Virus record (IMG/VR): IMGVR_UViG_3300042514_000067
Coordinates: 1-57,647 of that record
Reading direction: 5' to 3' (one strand)
DNA length: 57,647 nucleotides
DNA from: a virus
Taxonomy: Duplodnaviria; Caudoviricetes
The notes below the pieces were generated by a model that saw nothing but the letters and a program-made list of their open reading frames with translations, did not search any database and was not told the origin of the DNA. The translations under genes were made by a program, and so were the position numbers. This document shows positions 46,932 to 54,904 of this stretch, one piece after another; within the stretch, counting starts at the first letter, position 1; every line of letters begins with the position of its first letter.

Positions 46932-47861
46932 TTACGAACCACCACCAATATACATTTGACGCGGAACAAATCGCAAGGAGGCGTGTTCCTGATCTTCACC
47001 CGCAGCTAACTGCCAAGCTTCATCGTATTGAGCTTTAAGGACTTCCAAGCGCTGAGCGCCGTTCTCTACCTTAAGTGCAAGGTAATAGGCGAGTCCAGCA
47101 ACCAAGCAGGGCAAGAAACGGAAAGGTACATCCATAGTCCGAGTGCCATTGCCTGCGTCATCAATACGGCGCATGCGCCAATAAACGAATTGGTAGGTTT
47201 GTGATCCATCAGGAGTCGGCCAAACAGTTACGGATGGCAAGTTTTGTGAGTAAACAGCGACTGCGGTTGAGTGCGCCACTGCGGTTGTGTTGTTCTGTCC
47301 ACGGAAGCAATTCATCAACTGATTGCCGTCAATATACCCGTACTGCACTGTCTCGTTCTCAATCAGAACAAATCCATTTGTGGCTAGACCAGCAGTAGAA
47401 GTTAGCGTAATCGTAGTGGCTGTGGCAGAAATTCCACCATTTAATGTAGTCCCTATGGACGATGTTTGGCCATCTAAACGCTGGAACCACACCTGAATTG
47501 GGCGGGCTTGTTGTAGTTTGTTGGGGATCGTGGCATAAGTAGAAACACTAATACGTGTGATTGTTAAGTCAGACTGCGTAGAAACGTTACCTTCACCCGT
47601 ACGGATTACATGTTCTAGTAAGTCTACTGTATCAGTTGGTAGTGCGTAAGTAGCCAAACCTTGGGTTAAGGTAAGCGTACCCTGCTCAAACGTCCACATG
47701 TTAATGCCACGGTTTGCCCAGTCAGCAAACAGCAAGTTCAACGAACGGCGAGCTGTACGTAAGTCGTAGCCTGTACGAAGCTCTGAGCCCGCACGCTCAA
47801 ACGCTTCCTCAACAATCTCATTGAGGTCAAGATTAAACGCTGCAACTCCAGAAGTAGTCAT
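46932..47861 (-). CDS. Head-tail adaptor / tail tubular A-like protein
   Basis: EEAFERAG...ARRSLNLL..WANRG.N.W...RFLPCLVAGLAYYLA. Confidence 0.7.
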   Translation of the reverse strand: MTTSGVAAFNLDLNEIVEEAFERAGSELRTGYDLRTARRSLNLLFADWANRGINMWTFEQGTLTLTQGLATYALPTDTVDLLEHVIRTGEGNVSTQSDLTITRISVSTYATIPNKLQQARPIQVWFQRLDGQTSSIGTTLNGGISATATTITLTSTAGLATNGFVLIENETVQYGYIDGNQLMNCFRGQNNTTAVAHSTAVAVYSQNLPSVTVWPTPDGSQTYQFVYWRMRRIDDAGNGTRTMDVPFRFLPCLVAGLAYYLALKVENGAQRLEVLKAQYDEAWQLAAGEDQEHASLRFVPRQMYIGGGS

Positions 47862-48091
47862 CTAAATCCCGCCGTTTTCTTTGCAATTGTTTTGGGTTGG
47901 GCTACGAATTGTTTACCGGCGGCTTTTCCTGCTCGCTTGGCTTTGGTCGTCGCAGCGTACTCAGCAGGGCTGAGACTTTTGATCGCAGCTTTTGGAAGGT
48001 ATCTTTCACCAGTGTCAGAAGATTTTTTACCACTTTTGGTTCTCCATTTTTGGTCGCCCCAATCTTTAAGGGATTTTTGAGGCGCTTTCAA
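47858..48091 (-). CDS. DUF5872-like protein, C-terminal half
   Basis: Probable TTG start overlapping upstream TGA; QKSLKDW..QKW.T...GERYLP...GKQFV. Confidence 0.6.
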   Translation of the reverse strand: MKAPQKSLKDWGDQKWRTKSGKKSSDTGERYLPKAAIKSLSPAEYAATTKAKRAGKAAGKQFVAQPKTIAKKTAGFR

Positions 48092-48363
48092 TCTCGATAA
48101 CCCCCGCCAGCCGCCTTGTACTTCTTGGCAACTAGCTGAGCTTTGCGGGCTGACCACTGACCTGCGCCGGTACCCTGCGTTGCTGCGGACTTTACTTGGG
48201 ACACGATCCTCTTGCGAAGACTGGGTTTAGTGTAATTACCAGCAGCGTTAACTTTACCACCTTCAGCATACTGCGTGAAATCAGTGTCATCCCGACGAGC
48301 TTTACGCTTGCCTTTGGGCATTTTGCTGGGGGAGATGGCTCCCATTCCACGGCTGGCTATCAT
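48088..48363 (-). CDS. DUF5872-like protein, N-terminal half
   Basis: YAEGG then NYTKP.LR...GQWSARKAQL...YKAAGGGY. Confidence 0.65.
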   Translation of the reverse strand: MIASRGMGAISPSKMPKGKRKARRDDTDFTQYAEGGKVNAAGNYTKPSLRKRIVSQVKSAATQGTGAGQWSARKAQLVAKKYKAAGGGYRD

Positions 48364-48365
48364 GA

Positions 48366-48698
48366 TTACATCATCTTTCCACGTGTCTTACCCTTGGTAC
48401 AGCAGCCATCAGCACGGCTAGAGGCGGTCATACCACCCTTAGCCATCTCACGGGGAGATGGTGGTTTACCTTTTTCCTTGGTATAAATACCAGCATCTTG
48501 TTTACGCTCATAGTCTGCTAGTTCTTTAGCTGTAGGGCCGCCTTGCTTACCACGACCGGCACCTGCAGACTCAGCCTGCCGTATACGTTCAGATAGATTT
48601 CTTAGGCGTGCTTTTGTCTCATTAGAACGCATCATTCCGCTATCTGACTGTTCTACTCTTTCTTGCATGTCCCGTAACTCTTTTGCGTAGTCAGCCAT
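48366..48698 (-). CDS. small protein with C-terminal RADG..KGKT.G tag
   Basis: ends MAKGGMTASSRADGCCTKGKTRGKMM. Confidence 0.8.
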   Translation of the reverse strand: MADYAKELRDMQERVEQSDSGMMRSNETKARLRNLSERIRQAESAGAGRGKQGGPTAKELADYERKQDAGIYTKEKGKPPSPREMAKGGMTASSRADGCCTKGKTRGKMM

Positions 48699-48707
48699 GA
48701 TATTTCC

Positions 48708-49166
48708 TTAACACATTTTGCCGCGAGTCTTACCTTTTACAGCAATACCGTCGGCGCGTTTAGAAGCTGAAGAAGTCATACCACCGGAAGCCATCTTAGT
48801 TGCACCACCGCTTTTCATGCCAAAAGCAGAGCGTAAACGTTGGCTAACTGAACGTGTATCAGTTGGGCCGCTGACGGATGGGTTTTCACGACTTAATTTT
48901 CTGCGTTCAGCCACAGAGAGCTTAGTCACATCAACAGGGGCTGCTTTAGCGGCGGGCTTAGACTCAGACTTAGCAACGGGCTTAGGGGCGGCTTTAGGGG
49001 CAGCCTTGGGGGTAGCTTTAGGCGTAGCTTTTGCTGTTTCAGAAGTACCGGCATCACCAAACTCTTTAGCGTTGGGGTTTGACAACATACCCTCTGTGCT
49101 TTTGTTAGCCGCTTCTTCAGGATCCATTTCAACTTTACTACCATCTTCACCGTTATAACGTTTCAT
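48708..49166 (-). CDS. small basic protein (KAAP repeats) with C-terminal tag
   Basis: ends MASGGMTSSASKRADGIAVKGKTRGKMC. Confidence 0.8.
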   Translation of the reverse strand: MKRYNGEDGSKVEMDPEEAANKSTEGMLSNPNAKEFGDAGTSETAKATPKATPKAAPKAAPKPVAKSESKPAAKAAPVDVTKLSVAERRKLSRENPSVSGPTDTRSVSQRLRSAFGMKSGGATKMASGGMTSSASKRADGIAVKGKTRGKMC

Positions 49167-49181
49167 GTTTAGCTCCTTAGA

Positions 49182-49607
49182 TTAGCAGGCTTTGCCGCCC
49201 TTAGACATCATCTTACCTTTGGTCTTGCCTTTAACAGCAACACCATCAGCGCGTTTAGAGGCGGAACCGCCAGCGGCCATCTTTTTCATCGGCATTTCTG
49301 CTTTGCCACCTGCTTTAGCTCCGGCTTTTTTCTTGGCTATCATTGCCATAAACCCGGGATTCATTTTGCTCGCCATAGTATCACCGCCTTCTTTCATGAT
49401 TGACATCTTGCCATGAAGTGTCTTAGGTTTGTTAACTTTTTGAAGATCGGGGCGGGACGTATTTGTGTCCTTACCAAACTTCATTCCTTTGCTCGCGCCG
49501 CTAAATTCTTTAGCAACCGATACCGGTACGCCCGCAGCCTTTGCAAACTTTGGGTTATGTGCAGCCGCGTCCATGAACTGCTTTTGTTTTTCACTCTTCG
49601 CTGGCAT
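49182..49607 (-). CDS. small basic protein with C-terminal tag
   Basis: MPAKSEKQ..FM.AAAHNPKFAK start; ends MAAGGSASKRADGVAVKGKTKGKMMSKGGKAC. Confidence 0.8.
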   Translation of the reverse strand: MPAKSEKQKQFMDAAAHNPKFAKAAGVPVSVAKEFSGASKGMKFGKDTNTSRPDLQKVNKPKTLHGKMSIMKEGGDTMASKMNPGFMAMIAKKKAGAKAGGKAEMPMKKMAAGGSASKRADGVAVKGKTKGKMMSKGGKAC

Positions 49608-49785
49608 TTGTGGCCTTTTTGCGCTTGGTTACTTCACGAACAGTATCAGACTCCCAGATGCGAAGACCGAGGTAAATAATTGTGAACAGAGAAGCCAAAG
49701 GTGGTAGCCACGTAGCCATAACACCAACAGTCGTTAAGACTGCTGCGCCATCTGCGACTGCTTTAGCTGTGTCATGCTGGGTCAT
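49591..49785 (-). CDS. small membrane protein (holin-like)
   Basis: Hydrophobic core WLPPLASLFTIIYLGLRIWE, basic C-terminus. Confidence 0.65.
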   Translation of the reverse strand: MTQHDTAKAVADGAAVLTTVGVMATWLPPLASLFTIIYLGLRIWESDTVREVTKRKKATNASEE

Positions 49786-50096
49786 ACCATCCGCCCTCTT
49801 GTCTTGCCTTGTGTAGCGCAGCCATCAGCCGCAGTTACATAGCCACCTTCCGCGCAGTTCCAAGCCCTCAAAGATTTATTGATCCGTGAATCCGGATCGT
49901 TCGCTGTCTTTGCGCTGGTCAGTTTCTTTTTCATTCCGCTCATCCTCGCACAGAAAGAGTCGCGCCGGGAGCCGCCTTCGGGCTGGGGACGTTTCAAATT
50001 CATGCCTTGCGCTTTGGCGGAGGCTCGTCCCTTGGCGTTCAAGCCACCCTCGGGGTTCTTGCCTTCTTTCCTCTGCCATGCTGCGCTCTTAGCCAT
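49782..50096 (-). CDS. small basic protein with C-terminal tag
   Basis: AWQRKEGKN..GGLN.KGR...SFCARM...SLRAWNC then AEGGYVTAADGCATQGKTRGRMV. Confidence 0.8.
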   Translation of the reverse strand: MAKSAAWQRKEGKNPEGGLNAKGRASAKAQGMNLKRPQPEGGSRRDSFCARMSGMKKKLTSAKTANDPDSRINKSLRAWNCAEGGYVTAADGCATQGKTRGRMV

Positions 50097-50370
50097 AAAA
50101 CACCGTGATTTTTGCGTTTGTAGGCAAAGTTATGTGGACATCTGTATAAAACAAAACGCCCTCGCCGGGTACCGTAAACGACAACGGATTTGTTGGCGTA
50201 GTAGCAATATTAAATTGCAAACGAATAGGGCCACCAGAACCACCGTCACGAAATTCAATATCGCCAGCAGTACCACCAGTCAAAAACTGATAGCCTTTAA
50301 TCCTAGTACGGCCAGAGACCGCCGTGCCAGTTGCCTCTAAATGAGAGGCTTTTACGTCTGTCTGCATCAT
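50089..50370 (-). CDS. small virion protein
   Basis: MQTDVK...PGEGVLF...TVFYG; AAGGAG RBS. Confidence 0.8.
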   Translation of the reverse strand: MMQTDVKASHLEATGTAVSGRTRIKGYQFLTGGTAGDIEFRDGGSGGPIRLQFNIATTPTNPLSFTVPGEGVLFYTDVHITLPTNAKITVFYG

Positions 50371-50384
50371 AATTAATCTCCTTT

Positions 50385-50405
50385 AAGAAAGGGGCCGAAG
50401 CCCCC
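50385..50405 (-). terminator. Rho-independent terminator
   Basis: Minus strand GGGGC-TTCG-GCCCC-TTTCTT. Confidence 0.8.
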
Positions 50406-50413
50406 TAGACTAA

Positions 50414-50899
50414 TTAGACTTGGCTGGGGTTAGCAGCGCCGTTAGATTCACGCACAACGTACACGCATGTAATCGTAGCAGCACCGCCGCTGGCTGTACC
50501 AGCACAAGCGTAGATTGCTTGAACGATTAAGTCAGTTGAGCCAACATTCAGGTATGTACCAATCTGTGCGCCTGTAACAGTCACAGTTGCGCGGCCAACA
50601 GCCAAAGGTGTAGTTGTAGCACCACCAACAGTAGCCAAAGAGTTACCAGCGGCGGTTTGAATAGTGATGGTGTTACCAGTAGTACCAGCGTAAGCGGTGG
50701 TAATGTCTACAAAAAATTCTATGATTTGTGCGCCAGCAGGCAAAACAAACTCTGTAGTAGCAGTTGTATCGCTAACAGTGGTCAGGCCAGTCTGTGTAAC
50801 AACAGTTGCGCCCATATTGCGGATCGTGCCAGCAGTAGTGCCAGTAGTGTTTTTAACAGTGCCGAGCAGCCAAGGGCCAAGGTGTGATGCGAATCCCAT
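50414..50899 (-). CDS. putative capsid decoration/minor virion protein
   Basis: Thr/Gly-rich beta protein (LPAGAQI) following MCP. Confidence 0.65.
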   Translation of the reverse strand: MGFASHLGPWLLGTVKNTTGTTAGTIRNMGATVVTQTGLTTVSDTTATTEFVLPAGAQIIEFFVDITTAYAGTTGNTITIQTAAGNSLATVGGATTTPLAVGRATVTVTGAQIGTYLNVGSTDLIVQAIYACAGTASGGAATITCVYVVRESNGAANPSQV

Positions 50900-50909
50900 G
50901 ATTTTTCCT

Positions 50910-50981
50910 TACATACAAGTTAAGTGCATCAATCTGTATGTCGTCAGCCGGGACTGTTTGATGCACCGGAAAGCCCGGATT
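50910..50981 (-). ncRNA. Pseudoknotted RNA downstream of capsid gene (possibly Mu-gpT-DE motif)
   Basis: Three complementary pairs: GTGCATCAA/TTGATGCAC, CCGGG/CCCGG, CATACAG/TTGTATG; location matches the described motif. Confidence 0.6.
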
Positions 50982-50997
50982 AAAGTCAATATACACC

Positions 50998-51027
50998 AAA
51001 AGAAAAGGGGGCACAAGGCCCCCCTTC
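50998..51027 (-). terminator. Rho-independent terminator after MCP
   Basis: Minus strand AAGGGGGC-CTTGT-GCCCCCTT followed by TTCTTTT. Confidence 0.85.
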
Positions 51028-51046
51028 AAATATTTCCTAAGAAATA

Positions 51047-51958
51047 TTAGGCTGAACCGGGTGAACCGAAGGTACCCAATGGATCAGACCAGCCGAAGCT
51101 ATAACGCTCGCGGGCTTTGTAACGAACGTTACCTGTGTCAAAGTCACCGTCCATCTTGTTCTCCAAAGGAGAGCGGATGAAATGCTTCAGACCGTTAGGC
51201 ACATCAGTAGTCAAATACCAGCCGTTTGTGTCGGTCAGGTAGTGGTTAATGGTGTAGCCTTCAGGGATTGAACCGTTGTTCTTCAACGCATTGATATCGT
51301 TGTCAGTTGTACCAACGCGGAGGCTGGTTTCCAACAAACGAGTAGCAACGAATTGCAGAGCTGGGGGAACAATCAATTTCTTAGGCTTAGCAGCGATCAA
51401 AAGACCACGCTCGTCTGTCCAAGCAGCGATTTGAATAACGGCGGCTTCCAAAGAAGTCTCGTTCAAGTCAGCGGCTGTAGAAGGACGATTGCTGTTAGTG
51501 CCACCAGAAATCAGGGGGTGAGCAGTGCTGAACAAAGGTACACCATCACCACCAACATAGGCTGAGCTAAAACCGTTGTTGATAACGGCGGCAGCTTTAA
51601 CCTGCTTGGTGTAAGCCATAGCGCGAGCCAATGCTTTGGTGTAACGAGCTGACAAAGAGTCATACAAGTTATCTTCCACAGCTTCTTCAGTGATGGAGAA
51701 GCCTAAAGCGATGGTTTCGTGGTTATAGCGAGTTGTCCATGCCTCTTGTGCATTGTCATAAGCGATGGCAGAGCCCTCGTTCTTAACAGGTGCAGCAGAG
51801 AAGCCAGACAGCTTGGTCTCTTCTTCGAAGGAACGCTCAGAGGTCTCTGTTTCGTAGAGTTCTTTGTGCTCTTCGCCGTAACGAGCATACTCCATACCGA
51901 ACAATGCGTTCAGGCCGGGGAGGAGTTCCTTAAGTAGTTGTGCGCGTGAAATTGCCAT
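51047..51958 (-). CDS. Major capsid protein (Mu gpT-like, HK97 fold)
   Basis: AISRAQLLKELLPGLNALFG, ITEEA.EDNLY, GDGV.LFS..HP, LIVPP.L, RYKARERYSFGWSD. Confidence 0.92.
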   Translation of the reverse strand: MAISRAQLLKELLPGLNALFGMEYARYGEEHKELYETETSERSFEEETKLSGFSAAPVKNEGSAIAYDNAQEAWTTRYNHETIALGFSITEEAVEDNLYDSLSARYTKALARAMAYTKQVKAAAVINNGFSSAYVGGDGVPLFSTAHPLISGGTNSNRPSTAADLNETSLEAAVIQIAAWTDERGLLIAAKPKKLIVPPALQFVATRLLETSLRVGTTDNDINALKNNGSIPEGYTINHYLTDTNGWYLTTDVPNGLKHFIRSPLENKMDGDFDTGNVRYKARERYSFGWSDPLGTFGSPGSA

Positions 51959-51971
51959 TTTAAGTTACTCC

Positions 51972-52796
51972 TTAAGCAATGCTGGTACCAGCATAATACT
52001 GATGCTGACCAAAGTTGATCTTGACCAGAATTTCTGGGTACTGCATCAACACAATAGTAGTGTTCAATGTAGCAACAGGAGCTTGGTTCAAAATAAACGA
52101 TGTAGCACCGGCAGATGCGGCGGTGTCGACGAAAGAACCCGAAGAAACATAGTTTCCAGAAGAGTCCAACGAGCCAACGTCTGTACCAACGGGTAACGCA
52201 AACGGCAGAGCCGAGCAAGTTACAGTAGCGGTAGAAATGCTGGTGTAAGTCACAGTTCCAAGTGAAACAGCCGTATCAGGCACCAAACCAAGCACGCGGA
52301 CGGGCAAGGAAGAAGTGGTGGCAGGCGTATCGCTAGGTGCGAGAATGGCGTTCTTAGAATTGCCAGTTGTAGTGCTACCTGTGTTGTTAATCATGGCCAA
52401 GTTTTGACCAATCATAGCGCGAGCGCCAGAAGCAACAGCGGTAGTAGCAGAACAAACAACACCCTTGAACACTTGGTCAGGATCATCAGCAACAATAGCT
52501 ACTGCATCACCAGCCGCAGTTGATGCGGGCCAGTATTGCGAGAAAGTCAACTGTTTAGTGACGGGGTTTGTGTAACGGCATCCCAAGAAGATACCTGTTT
52601 GATTGCCTGCTGTGCCAGTAGACACAGACAGACGCACGATTTCACCACGAGACAATCCTACGTAATCGCCGTAGAAAATAGCCGTGCTGTAACCGTTAGT
52701 GATCGGGTAATCACGAGTAGAACCCGCAAATACCTGACCTCCGATCAGATTGATCGGTTTTAGCCCGTAAGGGGCATCAACAACCGGATAAGCCAT
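51972..52796 (-). CDS. putative capsid cement/decoration protein
   Basis: APYGLKP...IFYGD.V...GIFLGC.YT...DDPD; immediately upstream of MCP. Confidence 0.65.
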   Translation of the reverse strand: MAYPVVDAPYGLKPINLIGGQVFAGSTRDYPITNGYSTAIFYGDYVGLSRGEIVRLSVSTGTAGNQTGIFLGCRYTNPVTKQLTFSQYWPASTAAGDAVAIVADDPDQVFKGVVCSATTAVASGARAMIGQNLAMINNTGSTTTGNSKNAILAPSDTPATTSSLPVRVLGLVPDTAVSLGTVTYTSISTATVTCSALPFALPVGTDVGSLDSSGNYVSSGSFVDTAASAGATSFILNQAPVATLNTTIVLMQYPEILVKINFGQHQYYAGTSIA

Positions 52797-52811
52797 AAAG
52801 GACTCCTAAAT

Positions 52812-53285
52812 TTAAGTACCAGAACCGAAAGTGACCTTGGTTCTCTTCTCGGAGAAAAGAGGCATCCTAGGATCATTTTCACGAAGGAAATTATTGTCCA
52901 CTGAATCCACCTGAGACTTGTTTAGGTTCTCGTAGTACTTGGATCGTTGATCCATGAACTCGGTTGGAATACGACAGAGCAATAAACCGCCCACTTCAAT
53001 GTTGCCTTTAAAGCGACCTTCAGTGGAAGCGTGCATCATGAGCTCGGGATAGTCTTCACCTTTGCAGGGTTCGTATCCTTCGCGTAACTTTGAAGAGATG
53101 TTACTTGGATCGGCAGTTCCCATGGTACTAATACGTACATACCTATGAGTCCAACCGGGACGGTCGTCAGGCATAGGCAGTGTCTCAGGAGGACGCCACG
53201 CCGCTGGGCGAGCGAACGTTTCCCGAGTGTCTAGTTCACGTGAAGCGCGATTTTGTGTCTTTCCAGACGTCAATACTTGATCCAT
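52812..53285 (-). CDS. conserved head-module protein
   Basis: W.PP..LP...G...RYVR...REGYEP...GGLLLCRIP. Confidence 0.75.
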   Translation of the reverse strand: MDQVLTSGKTQNRASRELDTRETFARPAAWRPPETLPMPDDRPGWTHRYVRISTMGTADPSNISSKLREGYEPCKGEDYPELMMHASTEGRFKGNIEVGGLLLCRIPTEFMDQRSKYYENLNKSQVDSVDNNFLRENDPRMPLFSEKRTKVTFGSGT

Positions 53286-53287
53286 TT

Positions 53288-54292
53288 TTAACCTCTTTTA
53301 AGTTGAGCAACCTGTTTAGCGTATTCTTCCAAAGGAACCCCAAGACGGCGAGCGATCGCTGCTTCAGATGCCTTCAGCCTAATACGATTAGGCGGAGTGC
53401 TACGTGAGGCCGGAGCCACAACAGTAGCGGGTTTTGTTGCACGGCGCGGAGGTTCATCCTCGTAAGCCGGTTCTGATGCCTTTTTAGAAGGGGCGTCATC
53501 TTCATAGCTCTGAGCATCTTCATAATACTCAGGAAATCGTCTACGCATTGTAGCGTCTACTCGTTTGTAGTAGTCATCAGACCCCACAAAGCCAGCACCG
53601 TGTTCCTTAGCCAACTTCTGATGCAACCCGAGGGCGGAAGCTGTCATTTCAGGATCGGTACCAAACCAAGTGTTTTTCTGCATCCAACTTTGATCTTTTG
53701 GGGTAACAGAAGGTTGATTTGTACTACGTTGTTGTATTTGTACTTCATTTTCTTCGACTTGTAAAGGCCTCATGTTCTGAACTTTGTCTAAATTCAGTGT
53801 TGCCCGTGAAACTTCTGCTTGTGCATCTACCACAGCATCGGAATCTCCGGACTCATAAGCCTCTTTGTATTTCTTTTTGGCGTTCTCAAATTCCATTTCA
53901 GCGGAACTCTTTGACTGCTCAATGTACGCTTTTGACCCAAGCAATACTTGTTCTTGCAACTTGCGGTTTTGCTCCCACAATTGCTTGGTCATATTCTCAG
54001 CCGCCTCGCGCTCGCGCAGTGCTTCTTCTTTGGCACGTCGCTCGTCGTGGTAGCCCTTACCTAATTTCTTGATACGGGCTTGGACTTTTTCGTCGTATTC
54101 GGATAGTTCATTCTCGGTAACATCTTCCACCTGCGCCTTCATGGGCCTGCGGCCACGGTCTTCTGGTGGGGTGTCATCCTCAATTTCTACTTCAAATCCG
54201 CCATCATCTTCTTCTACTTCGGGTTTACCCTTAGCTTCTTCATCTACTTCATGAGGAAACTTAAAGTCATCTTTAAACTCAGTTTGTGCCAT
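53288..54292 (-). CDS. Capsid scaffolding protein
   Basis: Acidic N-terminus, long coiled coil, W...N.WFG, C-terminal IARRLGVPLEEYAK. Confidence 0.75.
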   Translation of the reverse strand: MAQTEFKDDFKFPHEVDEEAKGKPEVEEDDGGFEVEIEDDTPPEDRGRRPMKAQVEDVTENELSEYDEKVQARIKKLGKGYHDERRAKEEALREREAAENMTKQLWEQNRKLQEQVLLGSKAYIEQSKSSAEMEFENAKKKYKEAYESGDSDAVVDAQAEVSRATLNLDKVQNMRPLQVEENEVQIQQRSTNQPSVTPKDQSWMQKNTWFGTDPEMTASALGLHQKLAKEHGAGFVGSDDYYKRVDATMRRRFPEYYEDAQSYEDDAPSKKASEPAYEDEPPRRATKPATVVAPASRSTPPNRIRLKASEAAIARRLGVPLEEYAKQVAQLKRG

Positions 54293-54303
54293 GTGTTAGC
54301 TCC

Positions 54304-54714
54304 TTATGCTGCACGTGTAATACCACGGGGGTCTTCCACAACTGCTTCAACCGAATCATCATTGAGGATGCGGAATTCACGGCCATGAATCTTCAGACGG
54401 GTGCCTGAATTTGGTCGGACGATGATGAAATCACCTTCCTTGCAACTCGGGCCGCTAGGGAACCGAGTGGTGTCTTTGTAGCAGTCAGGCCCAAGCTTGA
54501 CGACAAATAGAACGGGGGTAAGTACTTCTTCAAAGTGCATAGATTGGCTAGATTTAATAATCCCAGCTTCGCTCTCTGCATACTCTTGCATAGCTTCAGG
54601 CACCACACACAAAATGTGAAATGTACGTGGGTCAGGCAACTGCTTAGCTTTGTCTTCAGAGGGCTTGTTAAGAATGCCAGACAGGTCTACGGCAGCGATG
54701 TTAAATTCAGTCAT
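54304..54714 (-). CDS. groES: GroES/Cpn10-like co-chaperonin
   Basis: LP.P...IL..., GII, VVKLGPDCY, CKEGDFI, G.EFRILNDD.V.AVV. Confidence 0.8.
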   Translation of the reverse strand: MTEFNIAAVDLSGILNKPSEDKAKQLPDPRTFHILCVVPEAMQEYAESEAGIIKSSQSMHFEEVLTPVLFVVKLGPDCYKDTTRFPSGPSCKEGDFIIVRPNSGTRLKIHGREFRILNDDSVEAVVEDPRGITRAA

Positions 54715-54904
54715 CAGATCTCTCCATTTTTTGCACGAGGTCATTAATAATGTTTTCTGCTAGGTTAAGGCCTCGGATCACCCCACAGATACTTCGATAC
54801 TCTTCTATGTCAGCGGCTCTGCCGTTGGCAAGATGAAAAGCTTGCTCTGCTCTAAGTCGCTCTATCTCATTAGCGATATGCGACAAAAGTTTGTAGTCGT
54901 TCAA
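54707..54904 (-). CDS. conserved hypothetical protein
   Basis: LA.G......EY...CG.IRGL..AE, between portal and groES. Confidence 0.75.
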   Translation of the reverse strand: MNDYKLLSHIANEIERLRAEQAFHLANGRAADIEEYRSICGVIRGLNLAENIINDLVQKMERSDD

